The notes under the pieces are model-generated. The model saw only the letters and a list, made by a program, of their open reading frames with translations. It did no database searches and was not told the DNA's origin. Both the position numbers and the translations under genes were made by a program. A stretch of DNA of 59,683 nucleotides from Pseudomonadota bacterium (GTDB lineage Bacteria > Bdellovibrionota_B > Oligoflexia > Oligoflexales > RGVZ01), in the NCBI GenBank assembly GCA_041178085.1, contig JBEGVZ010000042.1, forward strand, positions 1 to 59,683, written 5' to 3'. This document shows positions 19,358-29,420 of this stretch, one piece after another; within the stretch, counting starts at the first letter, position 1; each line of letters begins with the position of its first letter.

Positions 19358-21085
19358 ATGAGGAAGCTCACCGCAGCCCGACAGCTGCAGAAACTTCATG
19401 AGTCGCTATACCGGCGAGCCCACGCCGATGCGACTGCTCTTGGTGCAGGCCCGGAAGGAAAACTCCTGCGCTATGCACGGGATTTCGAACGCAGCCTTCC
19501 CCAAACATTCCAGGCCAGTGATTCCAACCAGTTGATTGAGAACGTCCTCAGGCGCCGGATCGTCCTTTTTGGTGATTTCCATACATTCAAGCAAACCCAG
19601 CGTGCGTTGCTGAGGCTTTTACGCGATGTTCTCGCGCATTCGCCCAGACCGCGGATTGTTCTCGCCCTTGAATTTCTGAAGCATCGTTACCAGCGACAAC
19701 TGGAAGCCTACATGGCGGGCGAACTGTCCGAGGAAGAGTTCCTGCAGGCCGTGAACTACGGACGTGAATGGGGTTTTCCCTGGGCCCACTACAAGCCTCT
19801 CGTAGAGCTAGCGCGTGATCACATGATCCCCGTGATTTGCGTGAATAGCCAGCACCCCGGACCAAAAAGCCTGGAAATGCGGGACCGGACCTGTGCCCGC
19901 TTGATTGCCGACGCCTGCGAGGAATATCCCGACCATGTCGTTTTCTGCCTGATCGGTGAGTACCACCTGGCCGACAATCACTTGCCTGCGACTTTATGGA
20001 ACGAACTGGCCAAACGCGGCATGGATGCAAGCCATCCGATGATGCGCATCCTGTGCAACGTGGACCGTTACTATTTCGCCCAGGAGGCAGCCGCCGGCCA
20101 CGCGCTCGGTTCGACGGAGATCCTCCGGCTGAAGCGGGATTTTTACTGTATCCTCAACTCCCCTCCGTGGATGAAATGGCAGTCGTTTGCGCTCTGGGAG
20201 GAAATGCGTACGGGATTTCCGGGCTCCCCCGGGCACGCAGATTCTCCGGCAGACGGCGAGGACGATTATCATGACGAGGACTCGTTTGATGTAGATTTTC
20301 AGTTCCTGGGCCTGGTGAATACGCTGGCCTCATTCATGGGGCTCGACATCAACCGGCGTGACCTTCAGCGCTTCCACTCCCAGTTTTCTCCTGCTGCGGA
20401 ATTCAATACCGAGCCCCTTCGCCATGCCGGGTGGACGCAGTCGGACGTTGATCAGATGGTCGAACACGCAGCCCTTGAAGGTTATTATTTCGATTGCAGG
20501 ACTAACTCCCTCCTCATCACGACCGTTTCCATCAATAACCTTGCGGAGGCAGCGGGCCAGTACCTGCTGGCCAAAGCATCGGGCTTTTCTGAGGCGAGTC
20601 GGAATGATGCAGACCGCTTTTGCCGCAATGTGCTGAAGCATGCAGCGGGGATCATCGCGTCGAGGATCCTAAATCCCCGGCGCAAGACCAAGGACCATGC
20701 ATTTCATGCCAACTATGTCGCGCAAACATCCCGGCGCAGGCTTCTTGGCTACGCCAAGATCCGCCGTCAGGTCTCTCGCGAGGTTTTACAAGTACTCGAG
20801 CGTTTCGAAGAGATGATGGTGAGCTGGGAGTCTGATCGTCCGTCAAAAGATGTCACGATGCTACAGAAGATCGAAAATCTTTCTCGTGGCGAAGTCAGTG
20901 CCGATTTTGGGCGCCTCCTGGGCGCCGGGCTTTACGGGGGCGTCATGCGCAACCGTGTGCGTGCAGATTGGATCAAGCGACTGTTCGCAGGACGTCTGAC
21001 GGCGGCTTCACCGGCCTCAAGTCTGGTCAACGACCTTGTTAGCGTCGTTCATCCGTCGATTCAGCGCCTTGAAGAAGCGTCCTGA
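19358..21085 (+). CDS. ChaN/EreA-like domain protein with long C-terminal extension
   Basis: IVLFGDFH, VLALEF, Y..EWGFPW..YKPL..LAR..IPV, RD...A, IGEYH. Confidence 0.72.
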   Translation: MRKLTAARQLQKLHESLYRRAHADATALGAGPEGKLLRYARDFERSLPQTFQASDSNQLIENVLRRRIVLFGDFHTFKQTQRALLRLLRDVLAHSPRPRIVLALEFLKHRYQRQLEAYMAGELSEEEFLQAVNYGREWGFPWAHYKPLVELARDHMIPVICVNSQHPGPKSLEMRDRTCARLIADACEEYPDHVVFCLIGEYHLADNHLPATLWNELAKRGMDASHPMMRILCNVDRYYFAQEAAAGHALGSTEILRLKRDFYCILNSPPWMKWQSFALWEEMRTGFPGSPGHADSPADGEDDYHDEDSFDVDFQFLGLVNTLASFMGLDINRRDLQRFHSQFSPAAEFNTEPLRHAGWTQSDVDQMVEHAALEGYYFDCRTNSLLITTVSINNLAEAAGQYLLAKASGFSEASRNDADRFCRNVLKHAAGIIASRILNPRRKTKDHAFHANYVAQTSRRRLLGYAKIRRQVSREVLQVLERFEEMMVSWESDRPSKDVTMLQKIENLSRGEVSADFGRLLGAGLYGGVMRNRVRADWIKRLFAGRLTAASPASSLVNDLVSVVHPSIQRLEEAS

Positions 21086-22316
21086 TCCCCAAGGCCGTGC
21101 TGTCGGCCCACCCTGTCGCAGCTGCAAAGCGTGCAGCGGCTTCCGAGATCGCCTCTTGCCCTTGCATTTCGCGTTCGATGAACGCCTTTTCTTTGCCCTC
21201 AAGTCCATCCATGGCAACACGAAGTTGTTCGCGCGCGGCGTTGACTTGCGAGCCTATTGCACTGATCAGTTCCGAGGTCATCTGTCTGGTTTGTCTGGCG
21301 CTGGAGATTTCTTTCGCGGCCAGCAGCGCCGATTGTTCAAGGGAGCTTGCCAGCGCAGCAAAGTCGGTCAGCAGCTGCTTTGCCTCGGCGGCAGTGGTGC
21401 CAAGTCCTTCCATCAAATTTTCCAGGCCATTGCTGGCGGCCATCGGTCCATCAGCAGATCCTGCCGGTGGCGGATTGCGGCCTGCGACAAGCTTGAGATT
21501 CAGTGACGTGAGTCTCATGACATCGGTTGCGTCACCAATCTGCCGGCTGATTGAGGCAAGGCGGCTGGCGATTTCATCCACGCTTTGCCGGGAAATTTCT
21601 GGTTCTGTGCGGCTCTCCCCCACGGATTCGACTTCTTTGAGGCGCGCGGTGGCAGCCTTGAATTGATTGCCCGCCTGCTCCAGCGCGTCAGAAGCACGCC
21701 GCACATTCATGGTGACGTCTCCCAGTCCGTGCTGCCCGGGCGAAATCGTGCCTGTGATGGATTCGATCCTGCGATTCAGTTTTTCCAGGTCTTCTTTTAG
21801 CGTCTTGCTGGCTGTCTCCGATGCCAGCAGGGCATCTTCCAGTTTCTGACGGTGCACGGGATCGGCTGCTTCCTGGACTTGCGTGATCACGGTTGGGGGG
21901 GTAGGACGTGCCTGGTGCGCCGCCTGCGCATGGGATTCAGCCTTCCGCAAGTATTCCATCCGCTCCTCAATCAATTGATCATGCCGCTTGCGCATTTCCG
22001 CAAGTTCAGCCTCAAGTGCTGATGCACGCATCAGTTCCACTTGTAATTTGCTGAGAATTAGTGAGGACCCAAGGCTTGCAGCCGGGTCTTCTGGTTGCCC
22101 GGACGGTGGCTTTGCCTCGCCCTCGTCGTCGGAGGACCTGGTCTCGGCTGTGCGCCGTGCCTTGATAATGCGCGCCGCAACAATTATGGCAGCAAAAAGC
22201 GAGGCAAGGGCCAGGGGCAGAGGCGGTGCCTCAACGAACGCACCAACGGCCGCAGTGACGGAACAGATCAGGGCGATTACCAGGCTCTTGACCTTGCGGT
22301 GCTGTTGCGTGGACAT
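21039..22316 (-). CDS. Membrane-anchored coiled-coil protein, degenerate MCP-like
   Basis: Two N-terminal TMs, long heptad region, decayed MCP-tip-like segment; GGAGA RBS. Confidence 0.6.
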   Translation of the reverse strand: MSTQQHRKVKSLVIALICSVTAAVGAFVEAPPLPLALASLFAAIIVAARIIKARRTAETRSSDDEGEAKPPSGQPEDPAASLGSSLILSKLQVELMRASALEAELAEMRKRHDQLIEERMEYLRKAESHAQAAHQARPTPPTVITQVQEAADPVHRQKLEDALLASETASKTLKEDLEKLNRRIESITGTISPGQHGLGDVTMNVRRASDALEQAGNQFKAATARLKEVESVGESRTEPEISRQSVDEIASRLASISRQIGDATDVMRLTSLNLKLVAGRNPPPAGSADGPMAASNGLENLMEGLGTTAAEAKQLLTDFAALASSLEQSALLAAKEISSARQTRQMTSELISAIGSQVNAAREQLRVAMDGLEGKEKAFIEREMQGQEAISEAAARFAAATGWADSTALGIRTLLQGAESTDERR

Positions 22317-22317
22317 G

Positions 22318-24672
22318 CTATCTCCAGATTTTTTCAAATTCGGTTGCGTTGGGGTCCAGGCGGGACTTTGCAAAGATTACCTCGTTGCTGCCCGGCTCGC
22401 CTTTTTCCACGATCATTTGCCACAGTTTCTTCGCCGATCCGGGGCTGGTGCCTGCCAAGGTTTCTGACAGAGCCCACACATGCCGGATCGATTCTGGTGA
22501 TTGCTTCCAGTCCTTGCGTGACAGGTAAGTGTCGGCAAGGCGCATCGGATTTTTTGCCTGCAGGTTGTACTCCATGTCGAGCAGCGTCGCTGCGCAGGAT
22601 GGGTCATCTTCGAGGAGGTCTGGCATGTATTCGCTGATCGCCTTGCTGACCCTGGCGGCAAGTTGCATCTTTCTCCTTGTTTTTTCCGGCAGGGTCGAAG
22701 CTCTGGTCCACAGGGCGATCTGGCCCTCACACATCAGCCCCTCATCCGCTTCCCCCCAGGCGTCGTAAAGTTTGACCAGCCAGGGCATGTTTGCCATGTC
22801 GAGATTCATTTCCACGATCCGCGCAATGAAATCCTCCGACGCAAGGTCGCGTTTGATCGTCCACTTGCGGGAAGTGAGCTGGTTGCTGCGCGCGATAATT
22901 TTCTTCGCATTTCTGGTTTCAGAAAGGGCGGTCATGATGCGCAGCAAGTCAACGTCGCTGACGTTCTTTTGGTCGACTGACGGGATGAACTCAATCGCCT
23001 TTGGCGACCTTCCGGTATCGACATACGCACGGAACAGCTTCTGCTGCACTGCTGGCGGCACTGATTTTGGAAACAGTCTTTTCCTGTTGTTTTCGAAGAA
23101 AGCAATCGCGCCGTAGTCGTCCCCGGCACCAAAATAGTTCTCAATGGACTTTGCCTGCGTCTCGCGCACGGGCTCTGCCATTTCCTTGAGGAATCTTGAA
23201 TCAGGCCATGCCTTGGAAAATGCACGGACTTTTTCCAGCATTTCCGGTGTCCGCTCGCGGCTGGAGTAAGAAGCCGTGTGACAGGCCCAGGCGAGTTCCC
23301 GGGCGCCAGGCGGAAGGTCATTGTCCCCCCGCAGGCCTGCCAGTTCCTCGCGCGCATGGGTGATGTTGTTGCCCTGGTATTGGGGCAATTCAAGGCAGGC
23401 GAGGCGGACTTTTGCTACTTTGGCCGCGACCTGGTTTCTGTGTTCCGACGTGACCCGGAAGTATCCCAGCCTTGCTTTCTCGACATCCTTGAGTGCGAGG
23501 TGGATGTCCGCGGATCGTAAGGCTCCCCATGCAGCGGCCGCAGGTGATGGCAGGTTTTTCTGTTTCCTGAATGCGGCCCCTTCCAGGGCGTTGTAGAGCA
23601 TCAGCTGGGCTTCCTTGAAGCGCTTCAGCCAGAACAGTGATTCCGCTCTCAGAATCAGCTGGGCCGGGCTTATCTGGCGCAGCGACTCATCTGCGCGGGC
23701 TCCCAGGTCGTAGGCTTCCTCGGCCAGTTCATAATTGTTCAGGTTGAAGTAGATATCGCCGGCGCGGTGCAGGATGGCTGCAGCATCGGCGGGGTTGTAG
23801 TCTTGTCGCAATGCCTCGTCGAGCTCCTGCACGGCCTCTAGAAAAGTGCCGTTCTTGATGTAGTTCTCGGCGTTGATCCGCCGGAATGCCATCCGGAATT
23901 CCTTCCGGCCTGATGCCCGCAGGAAGTCGAGGCCGAGGGATGCTGCCCCGAATGACCCGGCAAAGCGATCGTAGCGAAAGTAAATGGCTGCAAGGTTGTA
24001 CAACCCCTTGGGCGTCGCAAAATCCACCAGCGGATCCGGCACATCCTTCTTCAGGTTGAATGCCCAGGTGAGAAAAGTCGCCGCGTTGCTGAATTTTCCT
24101 TTAGTCTTTGGGTCGTCAAGGTCGACGTGCCTGGCTGCCATGTCTGCCAGAGCCTCTTTCATGAAGACATAGGCAAGCAGGTAGTCTGTCCGGCGGTGGT
24201 AGCTGTATTCCTTGCCATAGCGGGCCTTTGCTGAGAGCAAGCTCTTCCGCGCACCCTCAAGGTCGCCTTCCAGGAAAAGTGTGCGTGCACGGTTCAGGTG
24301 CTGGACTGCCCTGCCCTCGCCGTCCGTACGTGGAAATTCACGGGCCAGATCCGTAAACTCTGCCTCAAACGGGAACTCAACCTTGGGGAGTTCGAGTGGG
24401 TAGCGCCAGAAAAGTTCACCGGGAATTTCTCGGGTTTCTTCCTTGGGCGAGAAGTCCGCGACAAAGCGAAATTCCCTGATCTGCTGCTCGATGGTTTTGC
24501 GGGGTTTCTGTGGGCTGGCCTTCGAATTGGCTTTAGGTTTTGCCGTCACTTTCCGCGCGGGCTGGGCGGTGGCGCCCAGACACACCCCTGGATCAAGGCA
24601 GGTAAGGGCGCCAGCCACACCAGCTATGGCGATGGTCGACGAAAGGCGCAGGATCCGGCGTAGGTCGCGCAA
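22318..24672 (-). CDS. Exported TPR-repeat protein
   Basis: Signal-like N-terminus; repeated helical TPR units (RAGDIYFNLNNYELAEEAY, AESLFWLKRFKEA). Start uncertain. Confidence 0.75.
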   Translation of the reverse strand: MRDLRRILRLSSTIAIAGVAGALTCLDPGVCLGATAQPARKVTAKPKANSKASPQKPRKTIEQQIREFRFVADFSPKEETREIPGELFWRYPLELPKVEFPFEAEFTDLAREFPRTDGEGRAVQHLNRARTLFLEGDLEGARKSLLSAKARYGKEYSYHRRTDYLLAYVFMKEALADMAARHVDLDDPKTKGKFSNAATFLTWAFNLKKDVPDPLVDFATPKGLYNLAAIYFRYDRFAGSFGAASLGLDFLRASGRKEFRMAFRRINAENYIKNGTFLEAVQELDEALRQDYNPADAAAILHRAGDIYFNLNNYELAEEAYDLGARADESLRQISPAQLILRAESLFWLKRFKEAQLMLYNALEGAAFRKQKNLPSPAAAAWGALRSADIHLALKDVEKARLGYFRVTSEHRNQVAAKVAKVRLACLELPQYQGNNITHAREELAGLRGDNDLPPGARELAWACHTASYSSRERTPEMLEKVRAFSKAWPDSRFLKEMAEPVRETQAKSIENYFGAGDDYGAIAFFENNRKRLFPKSVPPAVQQKLFRAYVDTGRSPKAIEFIPSVDQKNVSDVDLLRIMTALSETRNAKKIIARSNQLTSRKWTIKRDLASEDFIARIVEMNLDMANMPWLVKLYDAWGEADEGLMCEGQIALWTRASTLPEKTRRKMQLAARVSKAISEYMPDLLEDDPSCAATLLDMEYNLQAKNPMRLADTYLSRKDWKQSPESIRHVWALSETLAGTSPGSAKKLWQMIVEKGEPGSNEVIFAKSRLDPNATEFEKIWR

Positions 24673-24687
24673 ATTTCTGTTCCATAT

Positions 24688-24876
24688 TCAAGGGTTCAGG
24701 AAGATTTTCCTTTTCGATTCTATCACGCTGTTTTCAATCTGCTCCAGAGACTCGCGGACAATCACGCTGTCGCCGTTGAGGAATCGGATCACGGTGTCCG
24801 GAACGGACTCCGCGTATTTGACTGTCTCCAGGTTCACCAGGAATGGCGTGTTATCGAGTTTTGTCAGCTTGATCAT
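24688..24876 (-). CDS. flbD: FlbD/SwrD family flagellar protein
   Basis: MIKLTKL....F.VN...(I/V)...E..PDTVI...NG....VRES pattern; GGAGGAG RBS. Confidence 0.88.
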   Translation of the reverse strand: MIKLTKLDNTPFLVNLETVKYAESVPDTVIRFLNGDSVIVRESLEQIENSVIESKRKIFLNP

Positions 24877-24974
24877 GGGCTTGTCTCCTCCATTGGAACC
24901 CGTCCTCCAATCTAATCGAAGCTGGAGCCGCGGCGCAAATTCTGGTAAACCCGGGACTCTTAAGGAGAAAACCA

Positions 24975-26097
24975 GTGGATTTGCATACTATTTCCTCGGA
25001 AGCCAAAGATCAGCGCGTCAAATTTGAACGCGTATGGGGGTTTCTTTGACGTCCCCGGCAAGCAACGTCGCCTCGAAGACCTTGAAATCCAGATAGAGGC
25101 CACCCCCGACTTCTGGAATCAGCCGGAGCAGTCGGCTCCGATTCTCAAAGAGAAAAAAAACCTTGAAGCACGCCTGGCCATGGCGGAACGGCTGCGTCGC
25201 GCCATTGAGGACCTGGACGCTGCAATCGAACTGGCCGGGGCTGGGGACGAAGATTACCTGGCCGAGGCCGAGGCCCTGCTGGTCGGCCTGAAGAAGGACC
25301 TGGCGACCGTTGAGGCGCAAAGCCTGCTCAGCGGCGAGCTGGACACCAATGCTGCCATCGTGGCAATCAACGCCGGTGCCGGTGGCACGGAGTCTTGCGA
25401 CTGGGCGCAGATGCTGCTTCGAATGTACCTCCGGTACGCGGAACGCAAGGGCTGGAAGACGGAAATGTATGACATGCTGGCCGGCGATACGGCTGGAATT
25501 CGCAATGCGACCTTTGAGGTCCAGGGCGATTTTGCCTTTGGCATGCTCAAGTGTGAAAGTGGCGTCCACCGCCTGGTGCGGATCAGTCCTTACGACTCCA
25601 ACGCCCGCCGCCACACAAGCTTTGCCTCGGTGTTCGTCTCGCCCGTGGTCGATGATTCGATCGTGATCGACATCAACCCAGCTGACTTGCGAGTCGACAC
25701 TTTCCGTTCCAGTGGAGCTGGTGGCCAGCACGTCAACAAGACGGACTCTGCCGTTCGTATCACGCACATCCCGACCGGGGTTGTGGTGGCCTGTCAGACA
25801 CAGCGCTCGCAGCACCAGAACCGCGACCAGGCGATGAAACTGTTGCGCAGCGCATTGTATGAGCGCGAAATGGCCGAGCGACGCAAGGCCCAGGAGGCTC
25901 AGGAAGCGGCCAAGAGTGACATCTCGTGGGGACACCAGATCCGTAGTTACGTCTTGCATCCGTACCAGCTGGTCAAGGATCACCGGACTGATTTTGAGAC
26001 CCACACCCCTTCGGAAGTTCTGGACGGCGATCTTGATCCGTTCATCAACAGCTTCCTTGAAAGTGCTTTCAAGCAGTCGCTTCCTGACCAGAAATAG
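24975..26097 (+). CDS. prfB: Peptide chain release factor 2, made by +1 programmed frameshift at 25044-25050
   Basis: AAGGAG-GTG start, 24 codons ending CTT TGA C; +1 frame contains GAGGTES, HRLVRISP and GGQHVN. Confidence 0.96.
25035..25050 (+). promoter_or_regulatory. prfB autoregulatory frameshift site
   Basis: TGGGGG TTT CTT TGA C: internal SD-like run 3 nt before the slippery CTT-TGA. Confidence 0.95.
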
Positions 26098-26130
26098 TGT
26101 TTTTACCAAATCTTGTTTTGTCATTTGACC

Positions 26131-26172
26131 AAGCCCCCCGGTTTCCTGTGCCGGGGGGCTTCTCTGTTTTTT
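26131..26172 (+). terminator. Intrinsic terminator after prfB
   Basis: AAGCCCCCCGG ... CCGGGGGGCTT stem followed by a T-rich tail. Confidence 0.75.
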
Positions 26173-26246
26173 CCCGGCAAAACGGGTAATTGGGGCAAAT
26201 TTGGCATAAAATGGAAGGTGAAGGCTTCTTGACCAAAGAGGTGACC

Positions 26247-28316
26247 ATGAACGGCAAGCGCTTGATGGAAGTGATCAACAACTCGGATTTTGACCGCCAG
26301 TATGCGGAACTCAACTGGACCGGCACGTTCGAGGAATACCTGGACATGGTTGTGGAGCGCCCGGCAATCGCGCGGACCGCGTTCCAGCGCCTGTACGACA
26401 TGATCGCCAGCTACGGTTCGTACAATTATGTCGAGTACAAGAAGCAGATCACGCACTTCAAATTTTTTGACGATCCGGTCGACAACGGCAGGGACGCGAT
26501 TTTTGGATTGGATGTCCAGCTCATGAAGCTGGTCAACGTCCTCAAGGCGGCTGCCTACCGCTACGGGCCAGAGAAGCGCGTTCTTCTGCTTCACGGACCA
26601 GTCGGCTCTTCCAAGTCGACCATCGCGCGCTTGCTGAAGAAGGGCGTCGAAGCATACTCCAAGACACCGCAAGGAGCCCTTTACACTTACACGTGGTCCA
26701 ACCTGCGCGAAGTCTTGCGCATGGACGACACGATGCCTTGCCCGATCCATGAAGAACCGCTGCACTTGGTTCCGCCTGAGCGTCGGGAAGCATTGCTCAA
26801 GACCATCAACGGCGGACGTGATCACTCACAGGTTGTCCACATTGAGGGCGACGTGTGTCCTGCGTGTCGTTTCGTGTTCCGTGAACTGATGAACCACTAC
26901 CGCGGCAACTGGGAGACGATGGTTAAGAACCACATCCAGGTCCGCCGCCTGATCCTGTCTGAGCGTGACCGGGTTGGTATCGGCACCTTCCAGCCGAAGG
27001 ACGAGAAAAACCAGGACAGCACAGAGCTGACGGGCGACATCAACTACCGCAAGATTGCGGAGTACGGCTCGGACTCTGATCCTCGTGCCTTCAACTTTGA
27101 CGGTGAGTTCAACGTCGCCAACCGCGGGATCATCGAGTTTATCGAAGTCTTGAAGCTTGACGTCGCGTTCCTTTACGACTTGCTGACGGCCAGCCAGGAA
27201 CACAAGATCAAGCCGAAAAAATTCGCCCAGACGGATATTGACGAAGTGATTCTTGGCCACACCAACGAACCAGAGTACCGCAAGTTGCAGAGCAACGAGT
27301 TCATGGAGGCCTTGCGTGACCGTACGGTGAAGATCGATATTCCCTACATCACCAAGCTGACCGAAGAGATCAAGATTTACGAGAAGGACTTCAACGCCCA
27401 CTCCGTCCCGCACATCCACATTGCGCCGCACACGCTGGAGATGGCAGCAATGTGGGGAATCCTGACGCGCCTTGAAGAGCCGAAAAAAGCGAACCTGACG
27501 CTGATGCAGAAGATGAAGCTGTACAACGGCAAGACGATGGCGCAGTTCACCGAGGACAACGTCAAGGAGCTGCGCAAGGAAGCCGTTCGTGAAGGGATGG
27601 AAGGCATCAGCCCCCGTTACATCCAGGATAAGATTTCGCAGTCACTGGTGCTCGACAAGGGTGAGGGCTGCATCAACCCCTTCATCGTCCTGAGTGAGCT
27701 GGAGTCAGGGCTAAAGACCCACTCGCTCATCAATGACGATGAGCTTCGCAAGCGCTACCGCGAGATCCTGGCCGAAGTTCGTCGCGAATATGAGGACATC
27801 GTCAAGCACGAGGTGCAGCGCGCAGTCTCCGCTGACGAAGGCGCGATCCAGAAACTTTGCGGGAACTACATCGACAACCTGAAGGCCTACGTCCAGCGTG
27901 AAAAGGTCAGGAATCCCTTCACGGGTGCAGACGAGGAGCCGGATGAACGCCTGATGCGGTCGATCGAGGAAAAGATCGACATCGCCGAGAGCCGCAAGGA
28001 CGACTTCCGTCGTGAGCTGATGAACTACATCGGTGCCCTTGCGATCGAAGGTAAGTCCTTTGACTTCCGGACGAACGAGCGCCTGCATAAAGCGTTGGAA
28101 TTGAAGCTGTTTGAAGATCAGAAGGACACCATCAAGCTGACGACTCTGGTGTCAAACGTGGTGGACCGCGAGACCCAGGCGAAGATCGACATCGTCAAGA
28201 ACCGCCTGATCAAGAACTACGGCTACTGCGAGATTTGTGCGAGCGATGCCCTCGGCTTTGTGGCCAGCATCTTCGCTCGCGGTGACATTGCGAAGAGTGA
28301 CAAGGAGAAGCACTGA
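26247..28316 (+). CDS. prkA: PrkA/YeaG AAA+ serine protein kinase
   Basis: [52 protein letters not shown]. Confidence 0.95.
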   Translation: MNGKRLMEVINNSDFDRQYAELNWTGTFEEYLDMVVERPAIARTAFQRLYDMIASYGSYNYVEYKKQITHFKFFDDPVDNGRDAIFGLDVQLMKLVNVLKAAAYRYGPEKRVLLLHGPVGSSKSTIARLLKKGVEAYSKTPQGALYTYTWSNLREVLRMDDTMPCPIHEEPLHLVPPERREALLKTINGGRDHSQVVHIEGDVCPACRFVFRELMNHYRGNWETMVKNHIQVRRLILSERDRVGIGTFQPKDEKNQDSTELTGDINYRKIAEYGSDSDPRAFNFDGEFNVANRGIIEFIEVLKLDVAFLYDLLTASQEHKIKPKKFAQTDIDEVILGHTNEPEYRKLQSNEFMEALRDRTVKIDIPYITKLTEEIKIYEKDFNAHSVPHIHIAPHTLEMAAMWGILTRLEEPKKANLTLMQKMKLYNGKTMAQFTEDNVKELRKEAVREGMEGISPRYIQDKISQSLVLDKGEGCINPFIVLSELESGLKTHSLINDDELRKRYREILAEVRREYEDIVKHEVQRAVSADEGAIQKLCGNYIDNLKAYVQREKVRNPFTGADEEPDERLMRSIEEKIDIAESRKDDFRRELMNYIGALAIEGKSFDFRTNERLHKALELKLFEDQKDTIKLTTLVSNVVDRETQAKIDIVKNRLIKNYGYCEICASDALGFVASIFARGDIAKSDKEKH

Positions 28317-29419
28317 TGAAGATGGAATCGGACCTAAACCGATTCCGCAAGATTGTCCGTGGCAAGATCAAGCAGGAACTCCGCCGCTTTATTGCCAACG
28401 GCGATCTGCTTGCGCGCCAGGGGAAGAAGGTTGTCACCATTCCCCTGCCCCGCATCGAGATCCCGCATTTCCAGTTCGGCTCCCAGGAACAGGGCGGGGT
28501 CGGACAAGGGGAAGGCGAGGCTGGCGATGCCGTGCAGCCAGGTGAACCGCAGCCGGGCGAAGGCGAGGCAGGCAACCAGGAAGGGAAGCACGAACTTGAA
28601 GTCGATGTCTCCATGGAGGACCTTGCCGCAATCCTGGGCGAGGAGCTTGAGCTTCCGAACATCGAGAACAAGGGCAAGAAGAACATCAAGGATCGGCAGT
28701 ACAAGTACACCGGCGTCTTGAGGCAGGGGCCCGAGTCCCTCAGGCACTTCAAGAAGACTTACAAAGAGGCGCTCAAGCGTTCGATTGCGTCGGGAACTTA
28801 CAACCCGAACAATCCGGTGATCGTCCCGATCAAGGATGACAAGCGTTATCGCTCGTACCGGGTGGTCAACTTGCCGGTCGCCAACGCAGTCATCGTTTAC
28901 ATGATGGACGTGTCGGGATCGATGGGTGATGAACAGAAGGAGATCGTCCGCCTGACCAGCTTCTGGCTCGATACATGGCTCCAGACGCAGTACGAGGGCC
29001 TTGAGCGCCGCTACATCATCCACGATGCAACGGCCCGTGAAGTCGATCAGGATACGTTTTACCGGACGAAAGAGTCTGGCGGTACTTTGATCAGTTCAGC
29101 GTACCGGCTGGCTGCGAAATTGATCGAAGACCATTTCCCTCCCGGCGAGTGGAACATCTACCTGTTCCATTTTTCCGACGGGGACAACTGGTCCGGAAAC
29201 GATACGGCGGAGTGCATGAAGATCCTTGAGCAGAACCTTTTGCCCGTGTCGAACTTGTTTTGTTACGGGCAGGTCGAATCGCGCTACGGTTCAGGCCAGT
29301 TCCTGAGGGACTTGCAAAAGCACTTCGGCGAAAAGAGCGAGCAGGTCACCATGGCGCAGATCAAGGACCGGGACGCGATCATCGATGCGATCAAGGTATT
29401 TCTAGGCAAGGGCAAGTAG
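28316..29419 (+). CDS. yeaH: YeaH/YhbH (DUF444) vWA-like protein
   Basis: [34 protein letters not shown]. Confidence 0.92.
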   Translation: MKMESDLNRFRKIVRGKIKQELRRFIANGDLLARQGKKVVTIPLPRIEIPHFQFGSQEQGGVGQGEGEAGDAVQPGEPQPGEGEAGNQEGKHELEVDVSMEDLAAILGEELELPNIENKGKKNIKDRQYKYTGVLRQGPESLRHFKKTYKEALKRSIASGTYNPNNPVIVPIKDDKRYRSYRVVNLPVANAVIVYMMDVSGSMGDEQKEIVRLTSFWLDTWLQTQYEGLERRYIIHDATAREVDQDTFYRTKESGGTLISSAYRLAAKLIEDHFPPGEWNIYLFHFSDGDNWSGNDTAECMKILEQNLLPVSNLFCYGQVESRYGSGQFLRDLQKHFGEKSEQVTMAQIKDRDAIIDAIKVFLGKGK

Positions 29420-29420
29420 C

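Noticed and set aside
24673..24690. Stop-codon read-through fusing flbD to the in-frame TPR gene
   Set aside because: In-frame spacing has a 1-in-3 chance, and fusion would bury the TPR protein's signal peptide.
25018..26124. Long antisense ORFs opposite prfB (also 29544-30575, 36744-37685, 43901-44914, 51169-52401)
   Set aside because: Shadow frames caused by codon bias of the sense genes; no motifs or RBS.
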